From Parcubacteria group bacterium (GTDB taxonomy: Bacteria > Patescibacteriota > Minisyncoccia > Phycocordibacterales > UBA2135): 64,000 nt of DNA. The position numbers were made by a program, and so were the translations under genes. Each line of letters begins with the position of its first letter. Positions within the stretch are counted from its first letter, which is position 1. Under the pieces are notes generated by a model that worked only from the letters and a program-made list of their open reading frames with translations, did not search any database and was not told the DNA's origin. Location of the stretch: contig JACQLQ010000001.1 of NCBI GenBank assembly GCA_016204045.1, positions 21,515-85,514 of the forward strand. The letters are read 5' to 3'. Shown here in pieces: positions 1-10,170 of this stretch.

Positions 1-68
1 CATTCTCCGTACACCTAGCGGGGCCAACCCAGGTCCGTAACGCACTGCGAATTTTTTAGTGTACACAT

Positions 69-100
69 CCCCACTCATTGTGGGGATTTTATTTTTTATT
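69..100 (+). terminator. Rho-independent terminator of an upstream plus-strand gene lying outside the window
   Basis: Hairpin ccccac-tcatt-gtgggg followed by attttattttttatt. Confidence 0.5.
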
Positions 101-139
101 TCCTCGAGCGAAGAGACAATATGGGGGTTAATCCCTTTA

Positions 140-595
140 TTATTTTGAGGTAAATAAGGTCTTTGCCTTTCTTTCCACCTCATCCATTGCCTCATTCGAG
201 AGGGCGTCTGCCTCCGTGTTTTCTTCGCGACGTATGTGTGTGAAGGACAAACGTGGAAAATCGGCCACCTTGCTATTCCAAACTTTTATGAACTGTGGGA
301 AAAGAGTTGGTTCTTTAATCTGATACTCCCCGCGCAACTGCTTGATAATGAGCTCACTGTCTGACCGCACCTCGACTTCTGTCTCTCCACGCTCATCTTT
401 GGGGATTATCTTCTTTAATTCTTGGAGCGCGTGGGCTACCGCTTCGTACTCTGCCCAGTTATTTGTCTGCGTGCCTAGTGGCAGAGCGATTTTCTTCAAA
501 ACCCCTTTCTTTTCGTCTGTAATGACAATTCCAGCGCCGGAAGGACCCGGATTGTTTCTTGCTCCCCCATCAGTGTAGATAGTAATTTTCCGCAT
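140..595 (-). CDS. rnhA: Ribonuclease HI
   Basis: The N-terminus MRKITIYTDGGARNNPGPSGAGIV and the central WAEYEA and C-terminal TEADALSNEA motifs match RNase H. I moved the start to the internal ATG at 595. Confidence 0.8.
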   Translation of the reverse strand: MRKITIYTDGGARNNPGPSGAGIVITDEKKGVLKKIALPLGTQTNNWAEYEAVAHALQELKKIIPKDERGETEVEVRSDSELIIKQLRGEYQIKEPTLFPQFIKVWNSKVADFPRLSFTHIRREENTEADALSNEAMDEVERKAKTLFTSK

Positions 596-617
596 GATTA
601 ATGATGCACCAAGAATA

Positions 618-2336
618 TCACTCCTCTCCAATATCTACAATTCGGAGGCGCAAACTGTCGCGGCCGGCAAAGACATTCTTCTCGATGTGGGCGGAGAACT
701 GTACGTACTGCCCCACCGCAAAACGACCGAGTAAGTGTTCTGCAAAAAATTGTATTGCTTCTATCTCTCTGCCAAAGCTATTTGCAAAGATAAGTTTGAG
801 ATGGTTCTTTTGCTTCCCGAAGCCCTCGACACGCCTGACCTCCGCATTCCGAAAAAGAAAAAGTGGTTTGGGGTTGCCCATCCCATAGGGCGAAAGCTTC
901 TCTATAACGCCATACGCCTCCCTTGTTACATTGTCGAGCGAGAGTGTTGTGTCTGCTTCCTGCGCCCCCTTTCGCTCTCGACGCGGTACTGTGTTACTTG
1001 CCTCCGCAAGGGCATCGGCAAGGAGGTGTAGCTTGTCCCTTCTTACCGAAAAGCCGCCTGCGCATTCGTGTCCTCCGTACGCCGTGAGTATCTCATCGGC
1101 ACATTGCATAAGCTCGAGCAAATGGACACTGCCATCTGAACGGCACGACCCCTTGAGGGTCCCATCCCCGCCCTCGCCCCACAAAAATACCGGGCGCGAG
1201 AATTCCTGCATAAGGGTGTTCGCCGCAAGTCCAAGTAGGCCCGGCTGCCAATTCGTGTTACCCAAGACAAGGACCGATTTGAGTTGGGACTCCTGAAGGC
1301 GTGCGCGCGCCTCCTTTACGATAGCCGCGACAAAACCCTTCCTTTTATTGTTCAGTACCTCAAGTTCTTTGGTAAGGGCGAGCGCTTCTGCATCGTTTTC
1401 TGTCGCAAGTAGGCGAAAAGCTTTTTCGGGAGAATCCATCCGCGAAGCGACGTTGATACGCGGCCCAATAACAAACCCGACATCATCTTCGGTGAGTAAG
1501 CTCTGTCTCACGCGCGCCGCACGCAAAAGTTCCTGGAGTCCCTTCCTCCTGTTCCGCTTGAGCACTGCGAGTCCATAGTAGGCAAGGGCCCTATTTTCCC
1601 CACGAAGCGGCACCATGTCGGAGAGTGTCGCGATACCCACCATATCTAGGAGCCACTTTTCCCAACCATCGTGGACCACAAACACACCTTCTTCGTTTCC
1701 TCTACGCAAGACTGCTGTGACGAGCTTCCAGGCAACTGCCGCTCCACATAGGTCCTTGAATGGATATTGGTCCCCTTCTTGTTTCGGGTTTATGATCGCG
1801 TATGCAGGGGGCATCTCCTGCGGCAGGTGGTGATCTGTTACGATGACATCAATGCCGAGCTCGTTTGCGCGCTCAATCGCCTTAGAGTCCGCCATGCCAC
1901 AGTCGGCGGTGATAATGAGAGCGGTCCCCTCGCCCGCAAGCTCCTCAACCGCGCTTACGTGTACGCCAAACCCTTCGTTGTGGCGATGCGGAATATAATT
2001 TCTAAAATTAGAGAAACCGATTTTCTTAAAAAAGTCGTGGAAAATAATCCCGGCAGGAATACCATCCGTGTCATAGTCGGTATATGCAACAATCCGCTCG
2101 CCACCCTTCACAGCCTTGAGAACGCGCGAGACACTTCGTTCCATGTCCTTTAAGAGAAACGGGTCATGTGTGTGGAGGTCGTAGTCAGGGTTTAGAAAAA
2201 ACTCGCGCTCATGCTCTTCAATCCCGCGATTTTGAAGGAGGAGGGTAAGTAGTTCTGAAATCTCTGTTTGAACGATTTCTTCGCGTTCACCTCGAGATAC
2301 TGCCGCGCCGTATGTCATCTCGATATTGTAGCGCAC
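618..2336 (-). CDS. recJ: Single-stranded-DNA-specific exonuclease RecJ (DHH/DHHA1)
   Basis: DHH-family motifs are present (VAYTDYDTDGIPAG, ITADCG, VIVTDHH), and the length is typical of RecJ. Confidence 0.8.
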   Translation of the reverse strand: MRYNIEMTYGAAVSRGEREEIVQTEISELLTLLLQNRGIEEHEREFFLNPDYDLHTHDPFLLKDMERSVSRVLKAVKGGERIVAYTDYDTDGIPAGIIFHDFFKKIGFSNFRNYIPHRHNEGFGVHVSAVEELAGEGTALIITADCGMADSKAIERANELGIDVIVTDHHLPQEMPPAYAIINPKQEGDQYPFKDLCGAAVAWKLVTAVLRRGNEEGVFVVHDGWEKWLLDMVGIATLSDMVPLRGENRALAYYGLAVLKRNRRKGLQELLRAARVRQSLLTEDDVGFVIGPRINVASRMDSPEKAFRLLATENDAEALALTKELEVLNNKRKGFVAAIVKEARARLQESQLKSVLVLGNTNWQPGLLGLAANTLMQEFSRPVFLWGEGGDGTLKGSCRSDGSVHLLELMQCADEILTAYGGHECAGGFSVRRDKLHLLADALAEASNTVPRRERKGAQEADTTLSLDNVTREAYGVIEKLSPYGMGNPKPLFLFRNAEVRRVEGFGKQKNHLKLIFANSFGREIEAIQFFAEHLLGRFAVGQYVQFSAHIEKNVFAGRDSLRLRIVDIGEE

Positions 2337-2394
2337 TTTCCGAACAGATTGTTAAAAACAAAAGCCCCCTGATTCAAATCGGGGGGCTTTTGGG

Positions 2395-3189
2395 TTAGTC
2401 AATCGCGTAGGTAACGTTCACATTCACCATTACTGTGTTTTCTCCCACAGGAAGTTCCGGAACTGGTGGGGCTCCCTTTTCCATATCGCCCCCCATGCCA
2501 AAGGCCGCCTCACGAGCAAAGTAAATCGGGCCGCCTCCTGATTCATAGAAGTTTACGACTTTCACAAGCCGTACATCGAGGTCGTCTGCGAGCTGTTTTG
2601 CTTTGTCTTCTGCGTCTTCAATCGCTTCCTTCCGTGCTTCCCGTCGTACTTCGTCTTCATCTTCAACGGTAAAGTTGATGCTAGAGATATTGGTTGCGCC
2701 ACGGCTCCCGAGTTGTGCGATCATCTCACCTGCCTTGTCCGTCTTTTTGGTTTTAACAGAAACCCAATGAGACACCTCGTACCCAATAAGCACGCGCTCG
2801 CCAGTCGGGAATCCTCTATTGTTCTGGTAATCATAGCGCGGGGAAATGTTGTAGCTGGTGGTCTTAAGATTTTTCTCTTCTACTCCCGCGTCCTTAAGGT
2901 ACGAGAGGAGGGCATTGCTGGTTTCTGTCACCACTCGTTGCGCGTCTGCGATTGTTTTTGCTTCTTCGATAACAGCAAAGGAGAATTCGGCCGTATCAGC
3001 GACGACAAACGCTTCCCCGGATCCGGAGACAGTAATCGTCCGTGTAAACTGGGCGTCTTGACCAATAAAGCGAAGCGCCTTCAATTCACCCGCGAATGAC
3101 GCGAGCAAGAAGAGTGCTCCGGTAAAAAGAAGCGCGATAAAGCCATAACGTATAACCTTGTCATTCCCCATTTCTTCGAAAGTTATCAT
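2395..3189 (-). CDS. SIMPL-domain (DUF541, YggE-like) secreted/membrane-anchored protein
   Basis: N-terminal TM helix followed by the characteristic SIMPL pattern ITVSGSGEA...TAEFSFAV... Confidence 0.6.
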   Translation of the reverse strand: MITFEEMGNDKVIRYGFIALLFTGALFLLASFAGELKALRFIGQDAQFTRTITVSGSGEAFVVADTAEFSFAVIEEAKTIADAQRVVTETSNALLSYLKDAGVEEKNLKTTSYNISPRYDYQNNRGFPTGERVLIGYEVSHWVSVKTKKTDKAGEMIAQLGSRGATNISSINFTVEDEDEVRREARKEAIEDAEDKAKQLADDLDVRLVKVVNFYESGGGPIYFAREAAFGMGGDMEKGAPPVPELPVGENTVMVNVNVTYAID

Positions 3190-3247
3190 AGATGATTAAA
3201 TACTATAGGGTTTAATACTCTTTATTCCTTCATGGTATCATAAACTC

Positions 3248-4021
3248 ATGTCAGAAATCTATCTGTATACATTGGGGAGTGTCGCTGCCGTGAGCGCCAT
3301 CTCCTTTGTGGGCCTGTTTGCTCTTTCGTGGAAGGAGCGCTTTTTGCGGAGCATTATTTCTTTTTTGGTCGCACTCGCTGTCGGGGCGCTCTTGGGGGAC
3401 GCATTTATTCACCTTATTCCGCAAGCGTTTGCCGAAGCGGCAAATCCATCTTTTGTTGCAATACTTATTATTGCCGGCATTGTCCTGTTCTTTCTTCTTG
3501 AAACATTGGTGCATTGGCACCACGCGCATAGCCTAGAGTTGAGTGGCGAATCTCGAAATAGCGCAAAAGGCGTGCATATACATCCCACTGGCTATATGGT
3601 TCTCGTTGCCGACGGCTTACATAATTTCATTGATGGCATCATCATTGCGGTTTCTTATCTTGTTTCTATCGAAGTTGGTGTCGCCACAACAATTGCTGTC
3701 GTCTTGCACGAAATTCCCCAGGAGATCGGGGACTTCGGTGTGCTCTTACACGCAGGATTCGGAAGGATGCGGGCGCTTTTTCTTAACTTCGTCTCTGCAA
3801 CACTTGCCATTTTAGGAGCAATCATCGCCCTTGTGGCGGGCGAGAGTATCGAGCAGTTTGTCTTTTGGGTGCTCCCGCTCGCAGCTGCAAGCTTCATCTA
3901 CATCGCAACCGCAGACCTCTTCCCCGAGCTTCGTACTGCATCAAAACCAGTCTTTTTCCTGCAACTGTGCGCAATTATTCTCGGCGTTGCCGCAATGTAT
4001 CTCCTTGTATTTGTTGAATAG
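3248..4021 (+). CDS. ZIP family divalent metal (zinc) transporter
   Basis: Multi-TM protein with the HEIPQEIGDFGVL signature and a His-rich loop (HWHHAHS). Confidence 0.75.
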   Translation: MSEIYLYTLGSVAAVSAISFVGLFALSWKERFLRSIISFLVALAVGALLGDAFIHLIPQAFAEAANPSFVAILIIAGIVLFFLLETLVHWHHAHSLELSGESRNSAKGVHIHPTGYMVLVADGLHNFIDGIIIAVSYLVSIEVGVATTIAVVLHEIPQEIGDFGVLLHAGFGRMRALFLNFVSATLAILGAIIALVAGESIEQFVFWVLPLAAASFIYIATADLFPELRTASKPVFFLQLCAIILGVAAMYLLVFVE

Positions 4022-4028
4022 CTAGTGG

Positions 4029-4457
4029 CTAGGCGTCAAAAAAACGTTTCCCGGTCTTGAGCGCCTCCATGTGTGCGTGAAAAGCTTTGTACACAGGATT
4101 TGGGACATGCCTGGGGTCGTGCCACTCCCACCCTTCACACCTATCTCTCTCCATAACCTTTGGTTCACCGGCCTTCCAATCGGCGGTGAGAGCAATATCA
4201 ATATAATGATGTGGCGGATAATCTTTCATGTTCAGTACATGCAAAAACTGAATGTTCTCAATTTCAATCCCGGTTTCCTCCAACACTTCCCGTATCCCAC
4301 AATCGACAATAGCCTCCATGTATTCAAGGTGGCCACCCGGAAGCGACCACTCCCCTTCGCCGTGAACTCCTTTGCGCTTGCCCATTAAAATCTTGCCATC
4401 CTTGAAAACGATGACCCCGACACCAACCTTTGGATAATGTGCGTGAAAATTGTCCAT
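4029..4457 (-). CDS. NUDIX hydrolase
   Basis: Nudix box GGHLEYMEAIVDCGIREVLEETGI. Confidence 0.75.
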   Translation of the reverse strand: MDNFHAHYPKVGVGVIVFKDGKILMGKRKGVHGEGEWSLPGGHLEYMEAIVDCGIREVLEETGIEIENIQFLHVLNMKDYPPHHYIDIALTADWKAGEPKVMERDRCEGWEWHDPRHVPNPVYKAFHAHMEALKTGKRFFDA

Positions 4458-4462
4458 GGATA

Positions 4463-6439
4463 TTACGCATTTCGCAACAGTGAGGCATTTATCGCGACGA
4501 TAACAGTCGAAAGCGACATTAAGACCGCGCCGACGGCCGGTGAAAGCACGATACCTGCACTATAGAGAACCCCAGCCGCAAGAGGAAGCGCGACAATATT
4601 GTATCCTGCCGCCCACCAAAGATTCTGGATCATTTTATTATATGTTTTACGAGAAAGTTCCATGACTTGAACGACATCGAGCGGGTTGTTGCGTACCAAG
4701 ATGATACTTGCCGTTTCTATAGCAACATCAGTGCCAGCCCCTATGGCAACACCGATATCCGCCTGGGCAAGCGCGGGGGCGTCATTTACCCCGTCCCCAA
4801 CCATTAACACTTTTTGTCCCTCCTCTTGGAGGCGCATAATGACTTCGGATTTTTCGTGGGGCAATACTCCTGCGAAATAGTTATCGAGACCGAGTTCTTC
4901 GGCAACACGTTTTGCAACAGATTCATTGTCGCCGGTTAACATCACAACGTGATGCCCTTTTTCTTTAAGCACCCTCACGGCGGTGCGGGCTTCCGCACGT
5001 ACCGTATCGTCAAGGGCAAGGAAACCTATCGGCAACCCTTCTTTCAAAACAAATACTGCGGTTTTGCCTTGAGCCAACACCTCGTCTGCGCGTTTTGTAT
5101 CATACGACACGCGTTGCTGTTTTACATACGCTTCGGAGACCACCTGCACCAACACTCCCTTCACTTGCGCCTGGAAACCACGCCCGGGAATAATGCTTTG
5201 ATGTTCCGCTGGGTAGGTTTCCGGAGCCGCCTTAACGATTGCCTTAGCGATTGGATGAGACGAACCCTGGTCAACACTCGCCGCGTACTTTAAAACATCT
5301 TCCTTTGAATATTCTACAAACGGAACGACATCACTTACCACAAAAGCCCCTTCGGTTAATGTCCCTGTCTTATCGAACACAATCGTAGTGACACCGCGGG
5401 CGGCTTCAAACGCCATGCGATCTCGTATCAAAAAACCTTTCTGAGCTGACAAAGAGGTGGAGAAGGCGACAACAAGCGGTATCGCGAGGCCGAGTGCGTG
5501 CGGACAGGCAATCACGATGACCGCAATCGCACGCTCAACCGCAAAACCAAGAGGCTGGAGCAAAAAGAGCCAGGCAAAAAGAGTAACCGCCCCCCCGCCC
5601 AAAGCGACGACGGTGAGCCACATCGCGGCCCTGTTTGCCAAGTCCTGGGTCTTCGACTTGCTCTTCTGTGCCTCCTGCACAAGCGTCACCACATATGAAA
5701 GGTAGGTGTCTTTCCCCGTTTTTGTCACCTGCACAATGATAACAGCCTCTGCATTGAGGGCTCCTGCAATAACGCGACTTCCGGTTTGTTTTGAAACAAG
5801 CTTCGACTCACCTGTTAGCATCGATTCATCAACTGCCGTGAGACCCTCGACAACAACACCGTCGACAGGGATCCGCTCCCCCGGCTTAATGATGACCTCG
5901 TTCCCAATGTGGAGATCGGCAATGAAGACCTCGGAAACAGAACCATTGGCGTTTCGTAGGTGAGCGGTCTTCGGCAGAAGCCCCGCAAGTTCTTCGAGCG
6001 TGCGTGATGCGCCCATGACGCTCCGCATCTCGATCCAATGCCCGAGGAGCATAATATCAATAAGCGTCACAAGTTCGGAGAGAAGCTCCTTCCCGTTTCC
6101 CGCAAAGCCCAGAACAACTGCTCCGCTGTAGAGGAAGGCGGCCGTAATTGCCGCCGCAACTAGGGTCATCATCCCCGGCTGGCCATTTTTTAGCTCACTC
6201 CACGATCCCCTGAGAAAAGGCCAACCACCATAAAAATAGATAAGCGACGCGATGAGAAAAGCCAATTCAAAGCCGTACGACACCTGCAACCCAAAGAGAG
6301 ACTGCGCGTGCGGGGAAAGCGCGAGTACTGGGAGCGAGAGAACAAGCGCTACCCAAAAGCGCTTTTTAAAATCCTCCGCCATGTGGTTTCCATGCGTTCC
6401 GTGGGGAGCCCCATCATGACCCGAGTGTTCTGTGTGCAT
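4463..6439 (-). CDS. copB: Heavy-metal translocating P1B-type ATPase, CopB-like (CPH motif, His-rich N-terminus)
   Basis: DKTGTLT phosphorylation site, GDGVNDAPAL, a CPH motif in the TM segment (IACPHALGLA), and an N-terminus with many His (MHTEHSGHDGAPHGTHGNH). Confidence 0.8.
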   Translation of the reverse strand: MHTEHSGHDGAPHGTHGNHMAEDFKKRFWVALVLSLPVLALSPHAQSLFGLQVSYGFELAFLIASLIYFYGGWPFLRGSWSELKNGQPGMMTLVAAAITAAFLYSGAVVLGFAGNGKELLSELVTLIDIMLLGHWIEMRSVMGASRTLEELAGLLPKTAHLRNANGSVSEVFIADLHIGNEVIIKPGERIPVDGVVVEGLTAVDESMLTGESKLVSKQTGSRVIAGALNAEAVIIVQVTKTGKDTYLSYVVTLVQEAQKSKSKTQDLANRAAMWLTVVALGGGAVTLFAWLFLLQPLGFAVERAIAVIVIACPHALGLAIPLVVAFSTSLSAQKGFLIRDRMAFEAARGVTTIVFDKTGTLTEGAFVVSDVVPFVEYSKEDVLKYAASVDQGSSHPIAKAIVKAAPETYPAEHQSIIPGRGFQAQVKGVLVQVVSEAYVKQQRVSYDTKRADEVLAQGKTAVFVLKEGLPIGFLALDDTVRAEARTAVRVLKEKGHHVVMLTGDNESVAKRVAEELGLDNYFAGVLPHEKSEVIMRLQEEGQKVLMVGDGVNDAPALAQADIGVAIGAGTDVAIETASIILVRNNPLDVVQVMELSRKTYNKMIQNLWWAAGYNIVALPLAAGVLYSAGIVLSPAVGAVLMSLSTVIVAINASLLRNA

Positions 6440-6466
6440 ACTGACAGTATATAAGACGAAGTGCTT

Positions 6467-7570
6467 TTATTCACCCTTTTTGGCGACAAGCTCTGGGGTC
6501 TCTGACACATATTCAAGAATAAACTGCGCGCGACCGAGAAGTTGCCCCCGCCCCGTCTTTGCATTGACGCGCCATCGCCCCGGAGCAAGGTTCTCTATGA
6601 GGGAATATCCTCGGTACCCGCCGTCACGTCCGCCAAGAATTGGGAAGGGGATGCGGGATGCAATGACCCATTCCCCCGTCGTATCATCATAGTGCTCCCA
6701 CTCATGCACGATTGAAGTTGCAAGATCTGTCGGCGCAAAGATGGAACTGTAGAAAAAGACCGGGGCATGAGGTGTAATATGCACGATTTCAGGGGATAGC
6801 AGTGTCGCGAACCACAACCTCTTTTCGTCTCGAATGATATACTCATCTCCAACTCGTCGAACTTGATGGGCCACCTCTGCCCCCTTGAGCGAGAGTGGTA
6901 TGGGCGGAATAATATTGGCAAAATAAAGCACATTCAATGCGACAAACATCGTTCCGATGCTCAGGACAAGGTAGCGCTTGCTCTCGGCGATACGCGCCGG
7001 GATGAAGAGGGCGAGGGCAAGAACGAATCCGGCAACAAGCGCGAGGCTTATTGCGCCGCTAAAGAGAAATATTTCTCCACCCATGGCACCCAACACTATC
7101 GGGACGTAAAAAATGGTAAATGAGAATAATACAAAATAGAACATGCTCACCTGGAAGACGAGACGCTGGTAGCGGGCTCTCAAAAACTCATTCCCAATAA
7201 GGAGGGCAATCAGGAATATGAGAAACGGCCAACTTGTGACGAGTGATGCGCTCTTGCTGTAGAAAATGAAAAACCCGGAAAAAAGAGCTCCGAAGGAAAA
7301 TTGCATGAGAAGCGGCGCAACCCTCCGCATGAATGGTCGCGACTGCGCGGCGAGCGCTTTTCCTTCGTAGAAATTAATAAAGGTGATGCAGGCCGCGACA
7401 ATGACCAAATGCGTCACAATCACAAACTGCTCAAAGGCAAGATCAATACGCCTGAGCGTCAACGTATCAACGATAAACCCAAGAATCAGTGCGCCAGACA
7501 AAAAACGTCCTTCATATCGGAAATACCATGACTCAAACTTTTTTGTTGTCCCCTTCAGTTTGCTTAACAC
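6467..7570 (-). CDS. Polytopic membrane protein with C-terminal soluble domain (DUF2914-like)
   Basis: About 8 predicted TM helices, then a conserved-looking C-terminal domain (HEWEHYDDTTGEWV...GYRGYSL...PGRWRVNAKTGRGQLLGRAQF). The family assignment is from memory only. Confidence 0.4.
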   Translation of the reverse strand: MLSKLKGTTKKFESWYFRYEGRFLSGALILGFIVDTLTLRRIDLAFEQFVIVTHLVIVAACITFINFYEGKALAAQSRPFMRRVAPLLMQFSFGALFSGFFIFYSKSASLVTSWPFLIFLIALLIGNEFLRARYQRLVFQVSMFYFVLFSFTIFYVPIVLGAMGGEIFLFSGAISLALVAGFVLALALFIPARIAESKRYLVLSIGTMFVALNVLYFANIIPPIPLSLKGAEVAHQVRRVGDEYIIRDEKRLWFATLLSPEIVHITPHAPVFFYSSIFAPTDLATSIVHEWEHYDDTTGEWVIASRIPFPILGGRDGGYRGYSLIENLAPGRWRVNAKTGRGQLLGRAQFILEYVSETPELVAKKGE

Positions 7571-7619
7571 ATTTACTACTTCTTACTTCCTGTGGGCCTG
7601 AGGTGGTCACAAGGAGTGT

Positions 7620-8630
7620 TTAATTTATTTCGATATCAATATACTTGACCGAGGGAACCGCGGCTATGATCTTCTTCTCTACTTCATCAATCTTCCGACC
7701 CACGAGGCGCGGGATGTGGTTCGTCTGGTACGCAATGAACCTTTTGAACTCTTCATAGTCGTCTTTAATGATCTCGTATTCCCCCTCAAGATCCCCTCGA
7801 TCAAACACTTCTTTGATGAGTGCCGCTCCATTGAATTCTATTTCGCACTTTATCCGGTACTTCCCAATATCGAGGACTTCTGATTTGAAATCAATCACCT
7901 TTTCGATATAGGGCTCCGCAACGAGCATTTCCGTGATTTGTTCTGCGAGTTCCTCTGGAATACTTTTCCCTATGAGAAATTCTCGATTCTTTTTGATGAG
8001 AAAAACGGCGATAACGGCCAAGATAAGCCCGACAATAATAGAACCAACGGCATCCCACAAATAGTTGTGCGTGAAATATGAAAGGGTGACCGAGCATAAG
8101 GCTACGATTACTCCCAAGACGGCAGCTGTGTCTTCGTACACAACAGCGATGGTAACTGGATCTCCGTGCTCAAGTGCCTCAACAAATGTCTTTTCTTTGT
8201 TATGCAGTCGCAGTTCTTGAGCCGCCTTGTACAGGGTAAACGACTCAATAACAAATGCGGTGATGAGAATGGCAAATATTGTGGTGCTTAGCTCCGCTTC
8301 ATGGTGCGACAGAAGGGACGAGATACCATGATACACAGTAACTCCTGCACCTAAAAAGAAGATGCCGCATGCCGAGATGAGCGCCCAGAGGAACCGCTCG
8401 TTCCCGTAGCCATATGCGTACTCCTCGTCTGCAACACGGGTTGAACTACGGAGTCCAATAAGGAGGAGAGATTGGTTCATGGTGTCCGCTAAGCTGTGCA
8501 CCGCCTCGCTAAAGAGAGAACTTGAGCCAGAGAGAAAATATCCAATAAACTTAAGGACTGTTATGCAGGCATTCCCTCCCAAAGCAAAAATGACCGAGGT
8601 AGTACCGGCTATTGCTTTATTGGGCTTCAT
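7620..8630 (-). CDS. Cation diffusion facilitator (CDF) family metal efflux transporter
   Basis: The HSLADTMNQ...YGYGNERF segment and a C-terminal cytoplasmic domain fit CDF/CzcD-like proteins. Confidence 0.7.
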   Translation of the reverse strand: MKPNKAIAGTTSVIFALGGNACITVLKFIGYFLSGSSSLFSEAVHSLADTMNQSLLLIGLRSSTRVADEEYAYGYGNERFLWALISACGIFFLGAGVTVYHGISSLLSHHEAELSTTIFAILITAFVIESFTLYKAAQELRLHNKEKTFVEALEHGDPVTIAVVYEDTAAVLGVIVALCSVTLSYFTHNYLWDAVGSIIVGLILAVIAVFLIKKNREFLIGKSIPEELAEQITEMLVAEPYIEKVIDFKSEVLDIGKYRIKCEIEFNGAALIKEVFDRGDLEGEYEIIKDDYEEFKRFIAYQTNHIPRLVGRKIDEVEKKIIAAVPSVKYIDIEIN

Positions 8631-8665
8631 AGAGAGGAATTATACCACACTGGAGATGATGCTTT

Positions 8666-8741
8666 TGGGGTGCCCAAAGGGATTCGAACCCTTTCTGGAT
8701 CCTTCACAGGGATCAGTGCTAACCGTTACACCATGGGCACC
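8666..8741 (-). tRNA. tRNA-His(GTG): tRNA-His (anticodon GTG) with encoded G-1 and CCA
   Basis: Manual cloverleaf: acceptor stem, D arm, anticodon loop CTGTGAA, T arm GGTTCGAATCC, 3' CCCA. Confidence 0.8.
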
Positions 8742-8812
8742 ATCTTCTACTATCTTCTACTAAACGTGTGGTAGTGTACCATGAAAAATGCGGGGTGAAA
8801 ATGGGTAGCGTG

Positions 8813-9649
8813 CTACCAGCCGCCGCGTTCAACAAGACCTTTAAAACGAGACATCATTTCTTTCGTATTCTCCCCAACAACACCATCACCGATTGTGTGG
8901 GCATCAATGCGTGTAACCGGCACAATGCGACGCCCCGTTGAGGTGATGAACGCTTCGGTTGCTTCACTCAAAACTTCTTCGAGAGACAATTCGCGCTCTT
9001 CGACCTCAAACGTATCTCTCGCCAACTTAAGTGTGGCGTAACGAGTGATGCCTTGGAGAATATTCTTTTGCGGAGTGATGAGTGTGTCGCCCTTAAAAAT
9101 ACAGAAATTGCACGTTGAAGCTTCGAGCACATTACCCTCCCATGTGTAGAGGATCTCATACGCCCCAGCCTTCTTCTTTTTGCCCTGGAGAAGGACGGGG
9201 AAAATATAATTACTTGTTTTTGCTTCCGGGAAAAGACGTAGGTGCTCTGCCGTCATGAGCTTTACTCCTTTTTCATAGGCTTCCTTCTTCGGACTAATGT
9301 CGCCTTGGAGAAAAATGAAGAAGGTTGGCGTCTCTGGGTTGAAGATAAGACCATCGATTCTTCCGGCGTTGAGTACCGCGCGAAGAGAACAGTCTTTCAT
9401 TTTGTTCTTCCGGAGCAAGAGCCCCACCTGGCGCCTGAACTCATCCTTTGAGAGCGGAATTCTTAAGTTAAGTTTCTTTGCGGAGTTCTGAAACCTGTTC
9501 CAATGTTCATCAAAAAGGAAAATCTCGCCGTCATGGATACCCATAAAGTCGAAAATCCCATAGCCGCGCAAAATCCCCCCGTCACTTATGTGCAAGGTCG
9601 CGTCATCGCTCGGAATAATCTTTCCGTTAAGGTAACAATACTCGTGCAT
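8813..9649 (-). CDS. Class IV aminotransferase (branched-chain/D-amino-acid aminotransferase or aminodeoxychorismate lyase family)
   Basis: Fold-type IV signature (YLNGKIIP...DGGILRGYGIFDF ... ITRYATLKLA). I moved the start to MHEYCYLNGK; the upstream ORF extension is Arg/Ser-rich junk. Confidence 0.65.
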   Translation of the reverse strand: MHEYCYLNGKIIPSDDATLHISDGGILRGYGIFDFMGIHDGEIFLFDEHWNRFQNSAKKLNLRIPLSKDEFRRQVGLLLRKNKMKDCSLRAVLNAGRIDGLIFNPETPTFFIFLQGDISPKKEAYEKGVKLMTAEHLRLFPEAKTSNYIFPVLLQGKKKKAGAYEILYTWEGNVLEASTCNFCIFKGDTLITPQKNILQGITRYATLKLARDTFEVEERELSLEEVLSEATEAFITSTGRRIVPVTRIDAHTIGDGVVGENTKEMMSRFKGLVERGGW

Positions 9650-9750
9650 ATAGGTAGTATATACTCTGTAACACTCCGAAATCAAAAAACGACATCCCCC
9701 TTCGCCTCCGCCAGACGGCGGATGGCGAATGGTGGAGCCGCTTAAACCAT

Positions 9751-10128
9751 TCACAACTTCAGTATCGCGATGAGCCGACGAGGAAGGTCGCGTTTCTGAC
9801 ATTCGTGGGTGCATCCCATCGCTACGCAACGCATGCGAACAAACTCATCACTTGAAACAGAAATCATTGGACCCGTAAATGTGGGACTAAACTCCTTAAT
9901 GAGGGCGAGCGCTTCGGGTACCGTGCTGTGACCACTCAAATAGCCATCCAAGACGATCGCAGCGAGATCAGGATTGGCCTTGAACTGTTCTATCGCCTCA
10001 TCAACAGTAAAAGCCTGAACTATCTCTACTTTATCGCCCAAGTCTGCAAGCTGCAGTTTCCACGCCGCGTGGACACCCCTTTCGTCATCAACAAAAAGAA
10101 CCTTCGGCTTCATTGGATTCCTCGCCAT
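9751..10128 (-). CDS. Stand-alone response regulator receiver (CheY-like) domain protein
   Basis: KVLFVDDE...VLDGYL phospho-acceptor pattern, 125 aa, no output domain, and no histidine kinase nearby. Confidence 0.6.
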   Translation of the reverse strand: MARNPMKPKVLFVDDERGVHAAWKLQLADLGDKVEIVQAFTVDEAIEQFKANPDLAAIVLDGYLSGHSTVPEALALIKEFSPTFTGPMISVSSDEFVRMRCVAMGCTHECQKRDLPRRLIAILKL

Positions 10129-10170
10129 GTTTGCTCCCTAGAGGATACTCCTCAAAGAAGTGCGGGGCAA

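Noticed and set aside
618-888. Plus-strand ORFs 601..888 and 735..1031 inside recJ
   Set aside because: They are shadow ORFs on the antisense of a well-supported recJ CDS.
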